Assembly (NCBI GenBank): GCA_039801905.1
Contig: JBDRVQ010000004.1
Span: forward strand, 2,332-66,331
From: a candidate division WOR-3 bacterium
GTDB lineage: Bacteria; Hydrothermota; Tepidihabitantia; Tepidihabitantales; JBDRVQ01
DNA length: 64,000 bases
Direction of reading: 5' to 3'
Of the stretch, positions 8,164 to 17,336 are shown in pieces. The stretch's first letter is position 1. Each line of letters starts with the position of its first letter. The position numbers were made by a program, and so were the translations under genes. The notes beneath the pieces were generated by a model. The model worked only from the letters and a program-made list of their open reading frames with translations. It made no database searches and was not told where the DNA came from.

Positions 8164-9774
8164 ATGGCTGATTTTAATATTAAGAAGATTTTTAAACCAG
8201 AAGGTAGAGGCGAGTTAAGTATTGATATCGGAACCGGTTCGGTTAAATTCGTTTTGATGGATAAAGGAAGGGTTGTTGATTACGGTTTACGGGAGATTAC
8301 AGAGGTGACCGATGTGCCGGGAGTGATCCGGGATTTATTACGAGATATAAAACCTTCTCAGGTCTATACCTTCGTCTCGGGCCCGGCAGTGAGTATGCGG
8401 CAGGCGCCATTCCCCAGGATGTCAAGGAAAGAGTTGAGAGATTCCATCCTTTTGCGTCTTGACCGCTATTCACCATTTTCTTTAGATGAGGCGATTTTAG
8501 ATTTCCACCCCTTAGGTGTGGTGATGGAAGCAGGCGCTCCACGGGATAATGTGATGGTGATTGCCGCCCGAAAGGATGTGATCTCCGACCACATCTCAAC
8601 GGTGAGGAAGGTTGGTTTGGAGCCGACCGCGATCTCGGTTGTGCCTTTCGCCCTGGCGGGAGCGGTGAGGCAATTTGTGAAACCCCGACGGGAAGAGGTG
8701 ATTTGCGTTTTGGACATCGGCTCGGAATTCACCGATATCGTCTTTATGCGTGGGGAGAATATTGAACTCGCCCGGACGGTGACCGTGGCCGGCAAGAGTA
8801 TTACCGAGGCGATGACCATTTCTATTGCCACAGAGGAAGGGCAACTTTTCCTCACCGCCGAAGAGGCAGAAAGATATAAAAGAGAATACGGTATACCGCC
8901 GGAAGATTCCGAAGACCGCTTACCTTCAGGAATTAAGGTGAAGAGAATTTTCGCGGTGCAGAGGACCGCCTTGGAGCGATTGATCGCGGAATTGGACCGG
9001 AGTATTGATTTCTACAAACGGGAGTTTTCGGTTCCAACCATCTCCCGGATTCTTTTGTGCGGAGGCGGTGCGCTGATGCGGGGATTGCGAGAATATATGG
9101 AAGCTAACCTAAAAATTCCCACTGAGATTTTTGACCCGTTTAAAGCCTATAACCTTTATAAACCCGGGACGAAAGAAGAGATTGGTCCCCGTTTGGTCGC
9201 GGCCCTCGGTTTACACTTTGACCACCGGGCAATTAATCTCTTACCAACCGAACTGAAGGCAAAACGTTATCAGAAGCGGGATATCGCCTTAGTGGTAGGG
9301 ATGATGGTTATCGCCATTCCCATTTTTATCCTTATCTATCTCTTTTTAACAACCCAAGAGGTTGTGGATAAAGGGAAGTTGCGGAGGGTGGAAAAAGAAT
9401 TGAGGGAAGAGGAGAAAATTGCCCAGGAACACCTTGCCCTTTCCAAAAGAGTTTCAGACTTAGAGGCAGAAGGTAAACTTTTACGGAGCATCGTGGGTGA
9501 AGAGGAGATCACCGTTCCTTTCCTAAAATATATCAGTCGAGCTATTCCGAGTAATATCCAACTGACCAGCCTCACTTTTACCGGATTGAAAACAGTGAAG
9601 ATGAAGGGGATTGTGACCGGCTTACCAGAATTTCAGGAGATTGATTTAGCCTCCTTTATGGTTAACCTGGAATTGGGGAAGGAGATGAAAGGGGTAAAAC
9701 TGGTAAGTAAGACGAAGACGATTCTGGAAGGGGAAGAGGTATTGGAATTTGAATTGGAATGTGAAAAGGAGTAG
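8164..9774 (+). CDS. pilM: Type IV pilus assembly protein PilM fused to a PilN-like transmembrane/coiled-coil C-terminal region
   Basis: Actin-like N-terminus (SIDIGTGSVKFVLMD). The C-terminal ~170 aa has one transmembrane helix (ALVVGMMVIAIPIFILIYLF) and a coiled coil. AGGAGGA lies upstream. Confidence 0.7.
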   Translation: MADFNIKKIFKPEGRGELSIDIGTGSVKFVLMDKGRVVDYGLREITEVTDVPGVIRDLLRDIKPSQVYTFVSGPAVSMRQAPFPRMSRKELRDSILLRLDRYSPFSLDEAILDFHPLGVVMEAGAPRDNVMVIAARKDVISDHISTVRKVGLEPTAISVVPFALAGAVRQFVKPRREEVICVLDIGSEFTDIVFMRGENIELARTVTVAGKSITEAMTISIATEEGQLFLTAEEAERYKREYGIPPEDSEDRLPSGIKVKRIFAVQRTALERLIAELDRSIDFYKREFSVPTISRILLCGGGALMRGLREYMEANLKIPTEIFDPFKAYNLYKPGTKEEIGPRLVAALGLHFDHRAINLLPTELKAKRYQKRDIALVVGMMVIAIPIFILIYLFLTTQEVVDKGKLRRVEKELREEEKIAQEHLALSKRVSDLEAEGKLLRSIVGEEEITVPFLKYISRAIPSNIQLTSLTFTGLKTVKMKGIVTGLPEFQEIDLASFMVNLELGKEMKGVKLVSKTKTILEGEEVLEFELECEKE

Positions 9775-9777
9775 AAT

Positions 9778-10353
9778 ATGAATATTAAAGAGAGGGGTGT
9801 TTTGTTAATCGGCATAATCGTTATTATTCTGATCTTTCTTTTCTTTGTCTTTGTCCTCTACCGACCACGCATCAGTTCGCGGATGGCGGTGAATGCGAAA
9901 ATTAAGGAGATGCAGAAAAGGATAAGTGAAATTCGTGCCCTGGCTCGGGAGATTGAGAGATTAAGAATGAAGATTGAGGAGTTGGAGGAGGCAAATCGGA
10001 CCTTTATGGAAAAGGTGGCACCGCGGCGGGCAACCTTAGAATTGGGAAAGAGATTGGCGGAAGAGGCAAAGAGATATAATGTTCGTTTTATCGCGGTTCG
10101 GCCACCTGGACTTGATACCCTTTTAACCCAAGAAACCCCGGAAGTCCCGATCCGACCTCTTCCTTTAGAAGTTACCTGTCAAGGGAAGTATCTGGATATC
10201 GGACATTTTATTGAATCACTAAAAGACTTCCCGTTTTATGTGAAGGTTCACGAATTGGATATGACAAGTAAAGCGGAGTTACGGCCGGAGATTGAAGCGA
10301 AATTACTAATTAATATCTATACCTCCAGTCTCTTGGATAGGAGGGAGATGTGA
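9778..10353 (+). CDS. pilO: PilO-like pilus assembly protein
   Basis: N-terminal transmembrane helix, a coiled coil, and a C-terminal GxY..IG.FIESL...PFYV segment. Position between pilMN and the secretin. Confidence 0.5.
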   Translation: MNIKERGVLLIGIIVIILIFLFFVFVLYRPRISSRMAVNAKIKEMQKRISEIRALAREIERLRMKIEELEEANRTFMEKVAPRRATLELGKRLAEEAKRYNVRFIAVRPPGLDTLLTQETPEVPIRPLPLEVTCQGKYLDIGHFIESLKDFPFYVKVHELDMTSKAELRPEIEAKLLINIYTSSLLDRREM

Positions 10354-10874
10354 GACGCGGTATCGTTCTTTTAATCATCATTGGCCTCCTTATTTTCCTC
10401 GGCTACCGGGTTCTTTCCAAACCGTCAAGACGACCCGCAACCTCTCGCCGGACCACTACCGATACCGTAGCGACCCGAAGACGAACTGGTCGTCGGGCTG
10501 GAACTTTGGAAAGAAAGAGAACCTCTCGGGAAGAAAGACGGTTAGAGAGGCAAAAGAGGAAAGAGGAGAAGAAGAGATTAAGAGAGGAGAGGAGACGGAG
10601 AAGATTAGAAGAGAAGATGCGGAAGCGAGCAATGCGCCAGAGAAAGGGAAAGAGGGTCGGTTATAACTTGCTCCAGGCAATTTTTTATAGTGAAAGCGGC
10701 AGTTATGTGATTATTGATGGCAAAACCTATAAGGTTGGAGATGAGATTAGCGGTCGCCGGATTGTGAAGATTGAGAAAGATAAAATTATTGTTGAATACC
10801 ATGGGGCACAAAAGTCTGTGAAAGTGGGAGAAAGTATTACCCCACTTTCTCTAACTCCGACGAGAAGGAGGTGA
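10350..10874 (+). CDS. PilP/GspC-like protein with an extremely basic K/R/E-rich low-complexity linker
   Basis: One transmembrane helix, a ~90-aa RRRTGRR...REERRRRRLEEKMRKR region, and a C-terminal beta-domain (YVIIDGKTYKVGDEISGRRIVKIEKDKIIVEY) paralogous to the next gene. Confidence 0.35.
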   Translation: MRRGIVLLIIIGLLIFLGYRVLSKPSRRPATSRRTTTDTVATRRRTGRRAGTLERKRTSREERRLERQKRKEEKKRLREERRRRRLEEKMRKRAMRQRKGKRVGYNLLQAIFYSESGSYVIIDGKTYKVGDEISGRRIVKIEKDKIIVEYHGAQKSVKVGESITPLSLTPTRRR

Positions 10875-11341
10875 GGAAGATGAGGCAGAGAATAATTATC
10901 ATTTTAGTAATTATCATTGCGGTAGTTCTTATTTTAACCCTCACCCGGGGAAAACCCGAAAGGAAAAGGGTGGCGGAAAGAAAAACAACTTCTCTCACCG
11001 CCAAGCCGAAGGAAGAATTGGCAAAGCCGGTACCCGAGGTGAAGGAGGAAAAGAGAAAAGAAGAGAGGAAACCGGCTACCACCTTAATCCCGGCGGAGAA
11101 AGAGGTGAGTGAAGGATGGGGAGAGGATCCATTCGTGCGCGATTTCTCTTTTTTAACAGAGATTAAAGACCTCCGTTTAACGGCGATTACCATTTCCGAA
11201 AGTAAATCCTATGCTCTGATTAATAATATGATTGTGAGCGTGGGCGATGAGATTGCCGGGAAAAGGATTGTGGCAATTGATAAGGATAAGGTAGTGGTGG
11301 AAAAAGGTGGTAGAAAATTTGAAGTCTACTTAGGTCAGTAA
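10871..11341 (+). CDS. PilP/GspC-like protein, paralog of the preceding gene
   Basis: Transmembrane helix, a KE-rich linker, and a C-terminal YALINNMIVSVGDEIAGKRIVAIDKDKVVVEKGG domain. Confidence 0.35.
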   Translation: MRKMRQRIIIILVIIIAVVLILTLTRGKPERKRVAERKTTSLTAKPKEELAKPVPEVKEEKRKEERKPATTLIPAEKEVSEGWGEDPFVRDFSFLTEIKDLRLTAITISESKSYALINNMIVSVGDEIAGKRIVAIDKDKVVVEKGGRKFEVYLGQ

Positions 11342-11353
11342 AAGGAGAGGAAG

Positions 11354-12934
11354 ATGAAGAAATTAGGAAAAATACTTTTTATTTTCACACTTCTTTTTGC
11401 CGCCTCTTTTCTCTGGGCGATAGAGAAAGAGGTAAAGAGAATAAGTATTGACCGACTTTTAGAAGGCACACGCGTTACCGTGCAGACGATCGGTTCTCCC
11501 AACATCGGTACCTTCTATCAGGAGGAACCGCCTGCGGTGGTGATGGATATTTTTGATGCTGTGAATAAGATTGAGCCGGAGACGATGAAATCAGAGATTC
11601 CCCCTGTGAGGAAGGTAATTGTGAAGCAATGGAAGGAAGAGCCCAAAATTGTTCGGGTGACAGTTGAATTGGACCGTCTCTACCGTTATCGGGTAGGAAG
11701 GGAGAAGGATTTTATCTATTTGGAGATTACTGATGAACCTTTTGAGATGAGACCGGAGAAGAAGGAAGAGGAAAAGACAGTGAGTCTGGATGTGAAGAAT
11801 GCGGATATTATTGATGTCTTAAGAATGCTGGCGAGTCTCTTCCAGGTTAATTTTGTTTCCTCCCCAGAAGTGAAAGGAACAATTACTATGCGCTTAGAGA
11901 GAGTTCCCTTTCCCATCGCCCTTGATGCTATCTTAAAAGCGGTGGAATGTAATGCGGTTGATTTGGGGGGAGGGGTGATTATGGTGAAACCACGGAAGAG
12001 GGAGATGGAAGGAGAGTTGGCAACGCGGATTTACTTCTTAAACGATGTGGAAGCGGATGATGCCAAAAAAACTGCGGAAAGACTCCTTTCCGAAAAGGGT
12101 AAAGCGGAACTCTCTTACCGCCGAGTTGGAGAAGGTGGTGGTTCCAAGAGGGCGTCCATTTTAGTGGTTACTGATATTCCCGAAAGGTTGGCGAAAATTG
12201 ATGAGGTGATGCGGGAATTAGATAAGCCTTCTCCCCAGATTACGATTGAGGCAAAATTTATTGAAACAACTTTGAATGCCGATGATATCTATGGGGTTGA
12301 CTGGTCAATTCGCGCCGCGGCAACAACGGAACCACCGGAGATTGGTAAAGAAGCGGCATTGCCCATTATGATGAACGAGATGGTTTTGGGTAAAATCACA
12401 TTTGCCCAAATGTCGGCGGCTCTTGATTTAATCCGGAGCCGGGGGAAGGCAAAACTTTTGGCTAACCCGAAGACCTTGACCCTTGATAACCAGACATCAG
12501 AGATTACGATGGGGGTAGAAATTCCGATTCTGCAAGTAAAAGTTGACCCGGAGACCAGAGAGCGGACCTATACTTGGCAGGAGAGGTATATACCAATCGC
12601 CCTCTCGGTAACGCCTCATCTCACGGAGGACGGTCGGATTAACATGGAGATTAAGACGCGTATTGAAGCAATCACCGGTTGGAAGATTGCCCAGGAACAG
12701 GAACTACCGATCGTCGCCAAACGTGAGGCAAGAACTCAGATTAGTGTTCGGGATGGCGAGGTGATTGTGATTGGTGGCTTGGTTAAAGAGCAGGAGACCC
12801 AATCTGTAACCAAGGTGCCAATTTTGGGTGATATCCCACTTTTGGGTAATCTCTTTACCCACCGCAGTACCAAGAAAGAGAAGAATGAGTTGATAATCTT
12901 TATCATTCCAAGGGTTTTACCAGCAGAAGGATAA
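11354..12934 (+). CDS. pilQ: Secretin (PilQ/GspD family) with an N-terminal AMIN-like domain
   Basis: C-terminus ...ISVRDGEVIVIGGL...VPILGDIPLLGNLF...ELIIFIIPRVL is the secretin signature. Signal peptide present. AGGAGAGG lies upstream. Confidence 0.8.
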   Translation: MKKLGKILFIFTLLFAASFLWAIEKEVKRISIDRLLEGTRVTVQTIGSPNIGTFYQEEPPAVVMDIFDAVNKIEPETMKSEIPPVRKVIVKQWKEEPKIVRVTVELDRLYRYRVGREKDFIYLEITDEPFEMRPEKKEEEKTVSLDVKNADIIDVLRMLASLFQVNFVSSPEVKGTITMRLERVPFPIALDAILKAVECNAVDLGGGVIMVKPRKREMEGELATRIYFLNDVEADDAKKTAERLLSEKGKAELSYRRVGEGGGSKRASILVVTDIPERLAKIDEVMRELDKPSPQITIEAKFIETTLNADDIYGVDWSIRAAATTEPPEIGKEAALPIMMNEMVLGKITFAQMSAALDLIRSRGKAKLLANPKTLTLDNQTSEITMGVEIPILQVKVDPETRERTYTWQERYIPIALSVTPHLTEDGRINMEIKTRIEAITGWKIAQEQELPIVAKREARTQISVRDGEVIVIGGLVKEQETQSVTKVPILGDIPLLGNLFTHRSTKKEKNELIIFIIPRVLPAEG

Positions 12935-12949
12935 AGTTATAGGATAAAG

Positions 12950-13708
12950 ATTTCTTTTCTCTTCTTCCTCTTTGGTCTAATTATCGGTAGTTTCCTTAAT
13001 GTTTGTATTTATCGGATACCGAGGAAAATCTCAATAGCCTTTCCTCCTTCCTTCTGTCCGAATTGTAAAAAGAGGATAAGACCTTATGACAATATTCCGG
13101 TATTAAGTTATCTCTTATTGGGAGGTAGGTGTCGCTATTGTCGGAAGAGGATTTCTCCAATTTATCCAATCGTTGAATTCTTAACTGGAATTACTTTCTA
13201 TCTTTTATACTTAAAACTTTCCCTTTCCTTTTCCCTCTTTATCTCCTTGGTCTATTTTTCCCTATTACTGCTCACCGCCTTTTTGGATTGGCAGGAGAAA
13301 GCAACTTATGACCTAATCATCTACTTGGGCGTAATCTTCGGTTTTCTCTTTAACCTCAAAAACCCAATTTTTTCCCTTATTGGAATACTGGTGGGTGCTT
13401 TCACGATTTTTCTCTTTCGACTCTTGGGGTTTCTCTGGCGCAAAAAGGAGATGATGGGAACCGGTGATATATTTTTAGGGGGGATGATTGGTTCTTTATT
13501 GGGTTGGCAATTTACCTTACTGGTAATCTTCCTGGGTGCCTTTTTCGGGGTTTTAATCTCTTCAATCCTTATCGCCTTGAAGGTCTGGAAAAGGGATAGT
13601 TATATACCGTTTTGTAGTTTCTTATCTTTGGCTACTGGTTTGGTCTTTTTCTTTGGGGATAAGATATTAGATCTTTATCTCAATTTTTTTCGCTTCCGGG
13701 CTGGATGA
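12950..13708 (+). CDS. pilD: Prepilin peptidase (A24 family). The start is uncertain because no ATG/GTG/TTG lies in frame between the secretin stop and the conserved N-terminus
   Basis: The translation in the secretin frame continues ...ISFLFFLFGLIIGSFLNVCIYRIP...CPNCKKRIRPYDNIPVLSYLLLGGRCRYC, which is the canonical PilD N-terminus with its zinc-binding CxxC pairs. The ORF caller finds the first ATG only at 13118. Confidence 0.65.
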   Translation: MSFLFFLFGLIIGSFLNVCIYRIPRKISIAFPPSFCPNCKKRIRPYDNIPVLSYLLLGGRCRYCRKRISPIYPIVEFLTGITFYLLYLKLSLSFSLFISLVYFSLLLLTAFLDWQEKATYDLIIYLGVIFGFLFNLKNPIFSLIGILVGAFTIFLFRLLGFLWRKKEMMGTGDIFLGGMIGSLLGWQFTLLVIFLGAFFGVLISSILIALKVWKRDSYIPFCSFLSLATGLVFFFGDKILDLYLNFFRFRAG

Positions 13709-13718
13709 AGTTTCTCTT

Positions 13719-16478
13719 TTAGAATTTAATCACCTTCTGCCAAAGGCTACCTTCCTTGGTCTTAATCCGGACGAAGTAGACACCAGCGTTATTTGCCTGC
13801 CAGACGAAGTGGTAGTTTCCCGGATTAGAAATCCCTTCCTGCAATTGGGCAATCTGCCGACCCGTAGCATCATGGATGGAGAGAGAGACTTCGCTTCTCT
13901 TTTTCAATTCGTAGGCGATATTTAAGGATTGGTTAAAGGGATTAGGATAGCAGGAGATTTGGGTTAAATTCTTTAAGGGTGTCTTCTCTTCTTCCATCCC
14001 GACCATTTCGTGGAAGCCGGCATATTTGGCGATATAGTTATTAGGACCGCCTGCCGCCAGTTCCATTATCGTGACCCAGAGGGTAGCATTTCTTGGGTCG
14101 TATTCCACACCGCGGGCGTTATAGAGTTCGGGAATTAAGAAGCGTTGGAGGATGGTGAGATTATCTCGGTTCATCTCGTAGACACCAACACTGTCAAGGG
14201 CGGTGCCTTGGGAGTTGAAGGAGGTATAAACATGGATGAGGGTTGGGAGATTGGGGTTGGAAGGGGTTCTTTCTAAGGCGAGACAGCGGGGACCATAATT
14301 GGCACTTAAAGGAACATTCATTCTTCTTATCTGATTTCCTAAGGTGTCAGTAACATAGATATAACCGGGTAGGGCACCCAAAGCACTTCTGCGGTCTGCC
14401 AGATATAAGATGCGGTTATTCTCATCCCAGGCAAGTCCGGTTGGATAGTCATTAGCCGGGTTACTGAAATATCTGAGAACCGAACCAGTAGCGGATATTT
14501 TATAAACTCTTTTTGTCTGATTGGAAGCAACCCAGAAGGTATTGTCATAGGCACAGTATTTGATATCGGTGCAGGCACTTTCGTTATTTGGGGTTGGGAT
14601 GGTGCCTAAGGGGGTGAGGAGAGAATCGGAGGAGAACATATAGATATTTCTCGCTCGGAAATGGCAGACATAGATTCGGTTATTGGTCGGGTTGTAGGCG
14701 ATACCATAAAGACCAGCAGTGCTCGGCACACCAGATACCTGGGTTGGACCCCATAATCTGGTTCCTGGTTGCTGAACGGGTTGACCAATGGTTAAGGTGA
14801 AGGTTCTGGTCCAGGATGTTTCATTACAGACTAAATAGAGGGTTAAATTGGCGGTATAGCCTCGCGGTGTAGAAGAACTGGCACTTAAAACAAATGGGTC
14901 GGAAAGGTTATTGGTGCTATCATTACCCGGCACATTACCGAAATTGGCAAGAGAGTCAGAGATAGTAAGATATGGGTCATTTTCTCTTAGTGTTCCCCTC
15001 AGATTGGTTGCTTGGATCGCGGTGGTATTTTTTAAGTAGGTGATTAGATTGCCGGTTTCACCTGGGTCAAGCCGACCATTGCCATTTTCACCAGTAATCG
15101 CGGTGCGGGCGAGGATGATATTTGGTTTATTGGCGGGCACCATCGCATCTAAGATCTTCTTGCAATTTAACCTTCCCCAGCCGTAGTTATTATTAGGATA
15201 GGTGCCGCCTTGGGAAGGGCGGTCGGCATTATTGGTGATATAATTAAATGCCTGGTCTGGGGTTAAACTGGGCATCTTTTCCAGCATTAAGGCGACTGCG
15301 CCACCAACATGGGGAGAAGCCATTGAGGTTCCGGACATTGTACCATAACTACCACCAGGAAGAGCGGAACGGACTGTGCCCGGAGCGGAAATCGCGGGAT
15401 TGATTAAGTTCCAATCGCTTCTGGGCCAGTTGGCGGGATTGTTCCAGGGGTCTTGGTTTGGTGCCGGTCCACGGCTGGAATAACTTTCAATATCATCATT
15501 GGAGTTGGTGGCACCAACGCCAATCACGATGGGATAACTCCCTGGAGCATTAGAAGTTCCGGAGGAAGGACCGCTATTGCCAATGGAGGCAACAACAATA
15601 ATGCCAAGATTTCGCAAATTGACAATATAACTCCACCAGGTGGTTGTCGTTCGGCCACTTCCCCAAGAGTTGGAGATGACATTGGGACGACCGGTATTGG
15701 CAAACCAGTTAAAGCAAGCACTTATCCAGGATGCTTGACCAGAACCATTAGCATCAAATGCCTTGGCGCAGATGAAAGTAGCACCCGGGGCAACACCGAT
15801 GTCGTTGGCGAAAGGTCCTAAACCATCACCCCCGGTCATTGTGCCCATGGTGTGGGTGCCGTGACCATTGTCATCATAAGGGGAACTTTGACCATTGACC
15901 GCATCGTACCAGCCATTGGTGGAGCGCCAGCGACCACCAAATGCCGGATGGGTAACTTCAACTCCGGTATCCATATTGGCAACAACCACCCCTTGACCGG
16001 TATAGCCATCCATCCAGCAGGTATCCGCTCTCACTTTGGTGATGTTCCATTCCGGGGTTTCGGTGGCATCTTGCTCGGTTGTCTCCCCGAGCCAGACATC
16101 ATCAAGTTTGACAATGAAGTCATCCATCACAAAGTCAACATCTTCCCGATTGGCTAACTCTCTAATCACTTCTGGGGTTGTCTTTAAGGCGATATCAGAA
16201 ACCAAAGAAAAACATCTTATATCTTCGGCTTTTACAGTTTTGAGATATTCCAAGATGCCTTTCTGCGCTCTTTCGGCAACAAATTTTAAGTATTCAATCT
16301 TTTCGTCATAGGTGGCATCGGGAGGTAAGAGAGAAAGGTCGGCTTGTTCTTTGGTTCGCACGATGATGCCGATCATATCCGAAGGGGAAGCGTTTTTTAA
16401 GATTGCCTCAAGTTCTGGGACAATCCTCCCTGCCCAGAGGCAGGCGGCTAAGAAGAAAAGGATAAATAGCCTTTTCAT
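13719..16478 (-). CDS. S8 subtilisin-family serine peptidase with a T9SS C-terminal sorting domain
   Basis: Catalytic triad motifs DTGVEVTHPAF, HGTHTMGTMTG and GTSMASPHVGG. Signal peptide MKRLFILFFLAACLWAG. C-terminus ...GVYFVRIKTKEGSLWQKVIKF. GGAGG lies upstream. Confidence 0.85.
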   Translation of the reverse strand: MKRLFILFFLAACLWAGRIVPELEAILKNASPSDMIGIIVRTKEQADLSLLPPDATYDEKIEYLKFVAERAQKGILEYLKTVKAEDIRCFSLVSDIALKTTPEVIRELANREDVDFVMDDFIVKLDDVWLGETTEQDATETPEWNITKVRADTCWMDGYTGQGVVVANMDTGVEVTHPAFGGRWRSTNGWYDAVNGQSSPYDDNGHGTHTMGTMTGGDGLGPFANDIGVAPGATFICAKAFDANGSGQASWISACFNWFANTGRPNVISNSWGSGRTTTTWWSYIVNLRNLGIIVVASIGNSGPSSGTSNAPGSYPIVIGVGATNSNDDIESYSSRGPAPNQDPWNNPANWPRSDWNLINPAISAPGTVRSALPGGSYGTMSGTSMASPHVGGAVALMLEKMPSLTPDQAFNYITNNADRPSQGGTYPNNNYGWGRLNCKKILDAMVPANKPNIILARTAITGENGNGRLDPGETGNLITYLKNTTAIQATNLRGTLRENDPYLTISDSLANFGNVPGNDSTNNLSDPFVLSASSSTPRGYTANLTLYLVCNETSWTRTFTLTIGQPVQQPGTRLWGPTQVSGVPSTAGLYGIAYNPTNNRIYVCHFRARNIYMFSSDSLLTPLGTIPTPNNESACTDIKYCAYDNTFWVASNQTKRVYKISATGSVLRYFSNPANDYPTGLAWDENNRILYLADRRSALGALPGYIYVTDTLGNQIRRMNVPLSANYGPRCLALERTPSNPNLPTLIHVYTSFNSQGTALDSVGVYEMNRDNLTILQRFLIPELYNARGVEYDPRNATLWVTIMELAAGGPNNYIAKYAGFHEMVGMEEEKTPLKNLTQISCYPNPFNQSLNIAYELKKRSEVSLSIHDATGRQIAQLQEGISNPGNYHFVWQANNAGVYFVRIKTKEGSLWQKVIKF

Positions 16479-16899
16479 TTAAGACCTCCAAAAGGCTTTT
16501 TAATATAAAGCATTTTTTCCTCATCCAGCCCGGAAGCTGGATTGGTTAATTTTAATTGAGGAATGGAAAAAGTCAAGGATACACTTGGCTATAATGTTCC
16601 TAAATAGTCTATAGACCATTCAGGCTTAGATCGGAAGAAGATTGTGGCTAAAGCAAAGGTATTATGGAGACAGAATATAAAATTTATGTTAAAAAACTAT
16701 TCGCTCAAATTAAGAAGGTAAGTATTTATGGCAATCGTCCTCTCTCAATCTTATGCTCAAAAAACAGACTTCCCCAATACGCCCGACAAGTCCTTTTAGA
16801 AAACCTATTAAGAAGGGTGGTGTGATTAAATATAAAGTAAAAAAGGTTTTGCTTTTTTAGAGCCGCTTAAAACTATTCAGAATTATCTTGACCAGGACT

Positions 16900-17300
16900 A
16901 AATTTCGCAAGTTTTTCATAATTTTTATTATTCCATCCTAATTAAATTAGGCGACATAAAAGTCGCCTAACAAGAAAAGCCCTTTCTTTTTAAGTCTTTT
17001 ATTCTCAACAATTTATTGCTTTTGAGATAAATTTTAAGTGAGCCCTACCACCGCCTCCTTTATTACCTCCCCTCCCACCTTTTATCCACGCTTCGGACGA
17101 TGCTTTCGGGAGTAATTTTTCCGGGAGTTAGATCTCTAATTTTTCCCCTAATTTCTTTCGGAAAGAGATGCCTGGTTTTCTCACTGGTTTCTTCTTTCGG
17201 AAAAGGCATATGAAAATTTCTAATTTCTTACCTAATCCCCGGACTAATTTTGAAAGGGGAGGAATGGGTAGCGAGATATTCGGTTTTTTAAATCTCTTCT
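16900..17300 (+). repeat. Copy A of a ~400-bp repeated upstream element, containing a GGCGAC-ataaaa-GTCGCC hairpin, a second hairpin with a T-run, and about four TCTAATTT boxes
   Basis: Aligns over its whole length with 38545-38945. Shared blocks include ggcgacataaaagtcgcct, ctttcttttaagt, accaccgcctcc, ctaattt repeated several times, ccggactaattttg and gagatattcggtttttt. Confidence 0.7.
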
Positions 17301-17302
17301 GT

Positions 17303-17331
17303 TTGACAAAGCCTCAAATGTCAAGTAAAAT
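17303..17331 (+). promoter_or_regulatory. Sigma70-like promoter: TTGACA, 17-nt spacer, TAAAAT, with the ATG 6 nt downstream
   Basis: ttgacaaagcctcaaatgtcaagtaaaat, then agatt, then the ATG at 17337. Confidence 0.5.
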
Positions 17332-17336
17332 AGATT

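Noticed and set aside
15453-16311. Plus-strand ORFs (122, 101 and 91 aa) inside the S8 peptidase gene
   Set aside because: They are antisense to a gene with an intact catalytic triad. They have no ribosome-binding sites and biased Gly/Ser/Thr composition.
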